In this document: positions 63,881 through 64,000 of the stretch, one piece after another
How the letters are laid out: every line of letters begins with the position of its first letter
Position numbering within the stretch: position 1 is the first letter of the stretch
Assembly: GCA_038845975.1 (NCBI GenBank)
Contig: JAWBQF010000003.1
Location: 32,001 to 96,000 of the forward strand
Reading direction: 5' to 3'
Source: Candidatus Methanomethylicia archaeon
Lineage (GTDB): Archaea > Thermoproteota > Methanomethylicia > CALHIW01
DNA: 64,000 nucleotides
Position numbers and translations under genes: made by a program
The notes under the pieces: generated by a model
Seen by the model: the letters and a program-made list of their open reading frames with translations, nothing else
What the model was told of the DNA's origin: nothing
Database searches by the model: none

Positions 63881-64000
63881 TAACGTTATATTTTTATGTA
63901 AGCTATTCTTTAAGGGTTTATGAGTTTAAACAAGTCTAGAAGAATTGAGGAGGTAAAAGGAAAAGCTAAGGAGGCATTAACAAAACCTCCAAGTATTGGT

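Noticed and set aside
1-64000. tRNA, rRNA or multi-spacer CRISPR array
   Set aside because: No GC-rich cloverleaf or rRNA-like tract and no regularly spaced repeat series were seen; only the single unit at 18069-18162.

Overview
AT-rich archaeal DNA, probably from the TACK/Thermoproteota group. This is inferred from GGR, Dph5, NOG1, Hef, PaREP1, a CdvA-like gene, Fae, GGTGA Shine-Dalgarno motifs and TTTA(A/T)A promoter boxes. It holds about 50 mostly single housekeeping or metabolic genes (moeA, GGR, mtaD, a catIJ-type CoA-transferase, panB, galT-like, ttuA/ncs6, mscL, ade, trpDC(E')BA, sufC, radical SAM enzymes, MFS transporters) and a small toxin-antitoxin/PaREP1 island. Coding density is only about 64% by my hand sum. 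The intergenic space is filled with decayed copies of a ~0.7-kb IS6-family element (TIR GGCTTTGTTAACTT, 8-bp TSD), two families of 50-60-bp miniature elements, IS5 and IS605 remnants, and several pseudogenes (ATPase, radical SAM, trpE, frameshifted fae). The main signals not in the ORF track are: an exact 26-bp repeat / 42-bp insert / 26-bp repeat at an IS end with CRISPR-unit geometry; a C/D-box sRNA complementary to 16S rRNA; a 20-aa Lys-rich micro-gene with promoter, RBS and terminator; and a PC4-like gene paired with a nuclease-less Hef helicase. I found no tRNA, rRNA or multi-unit CRISPR array. All calls are by eye, without database searches.
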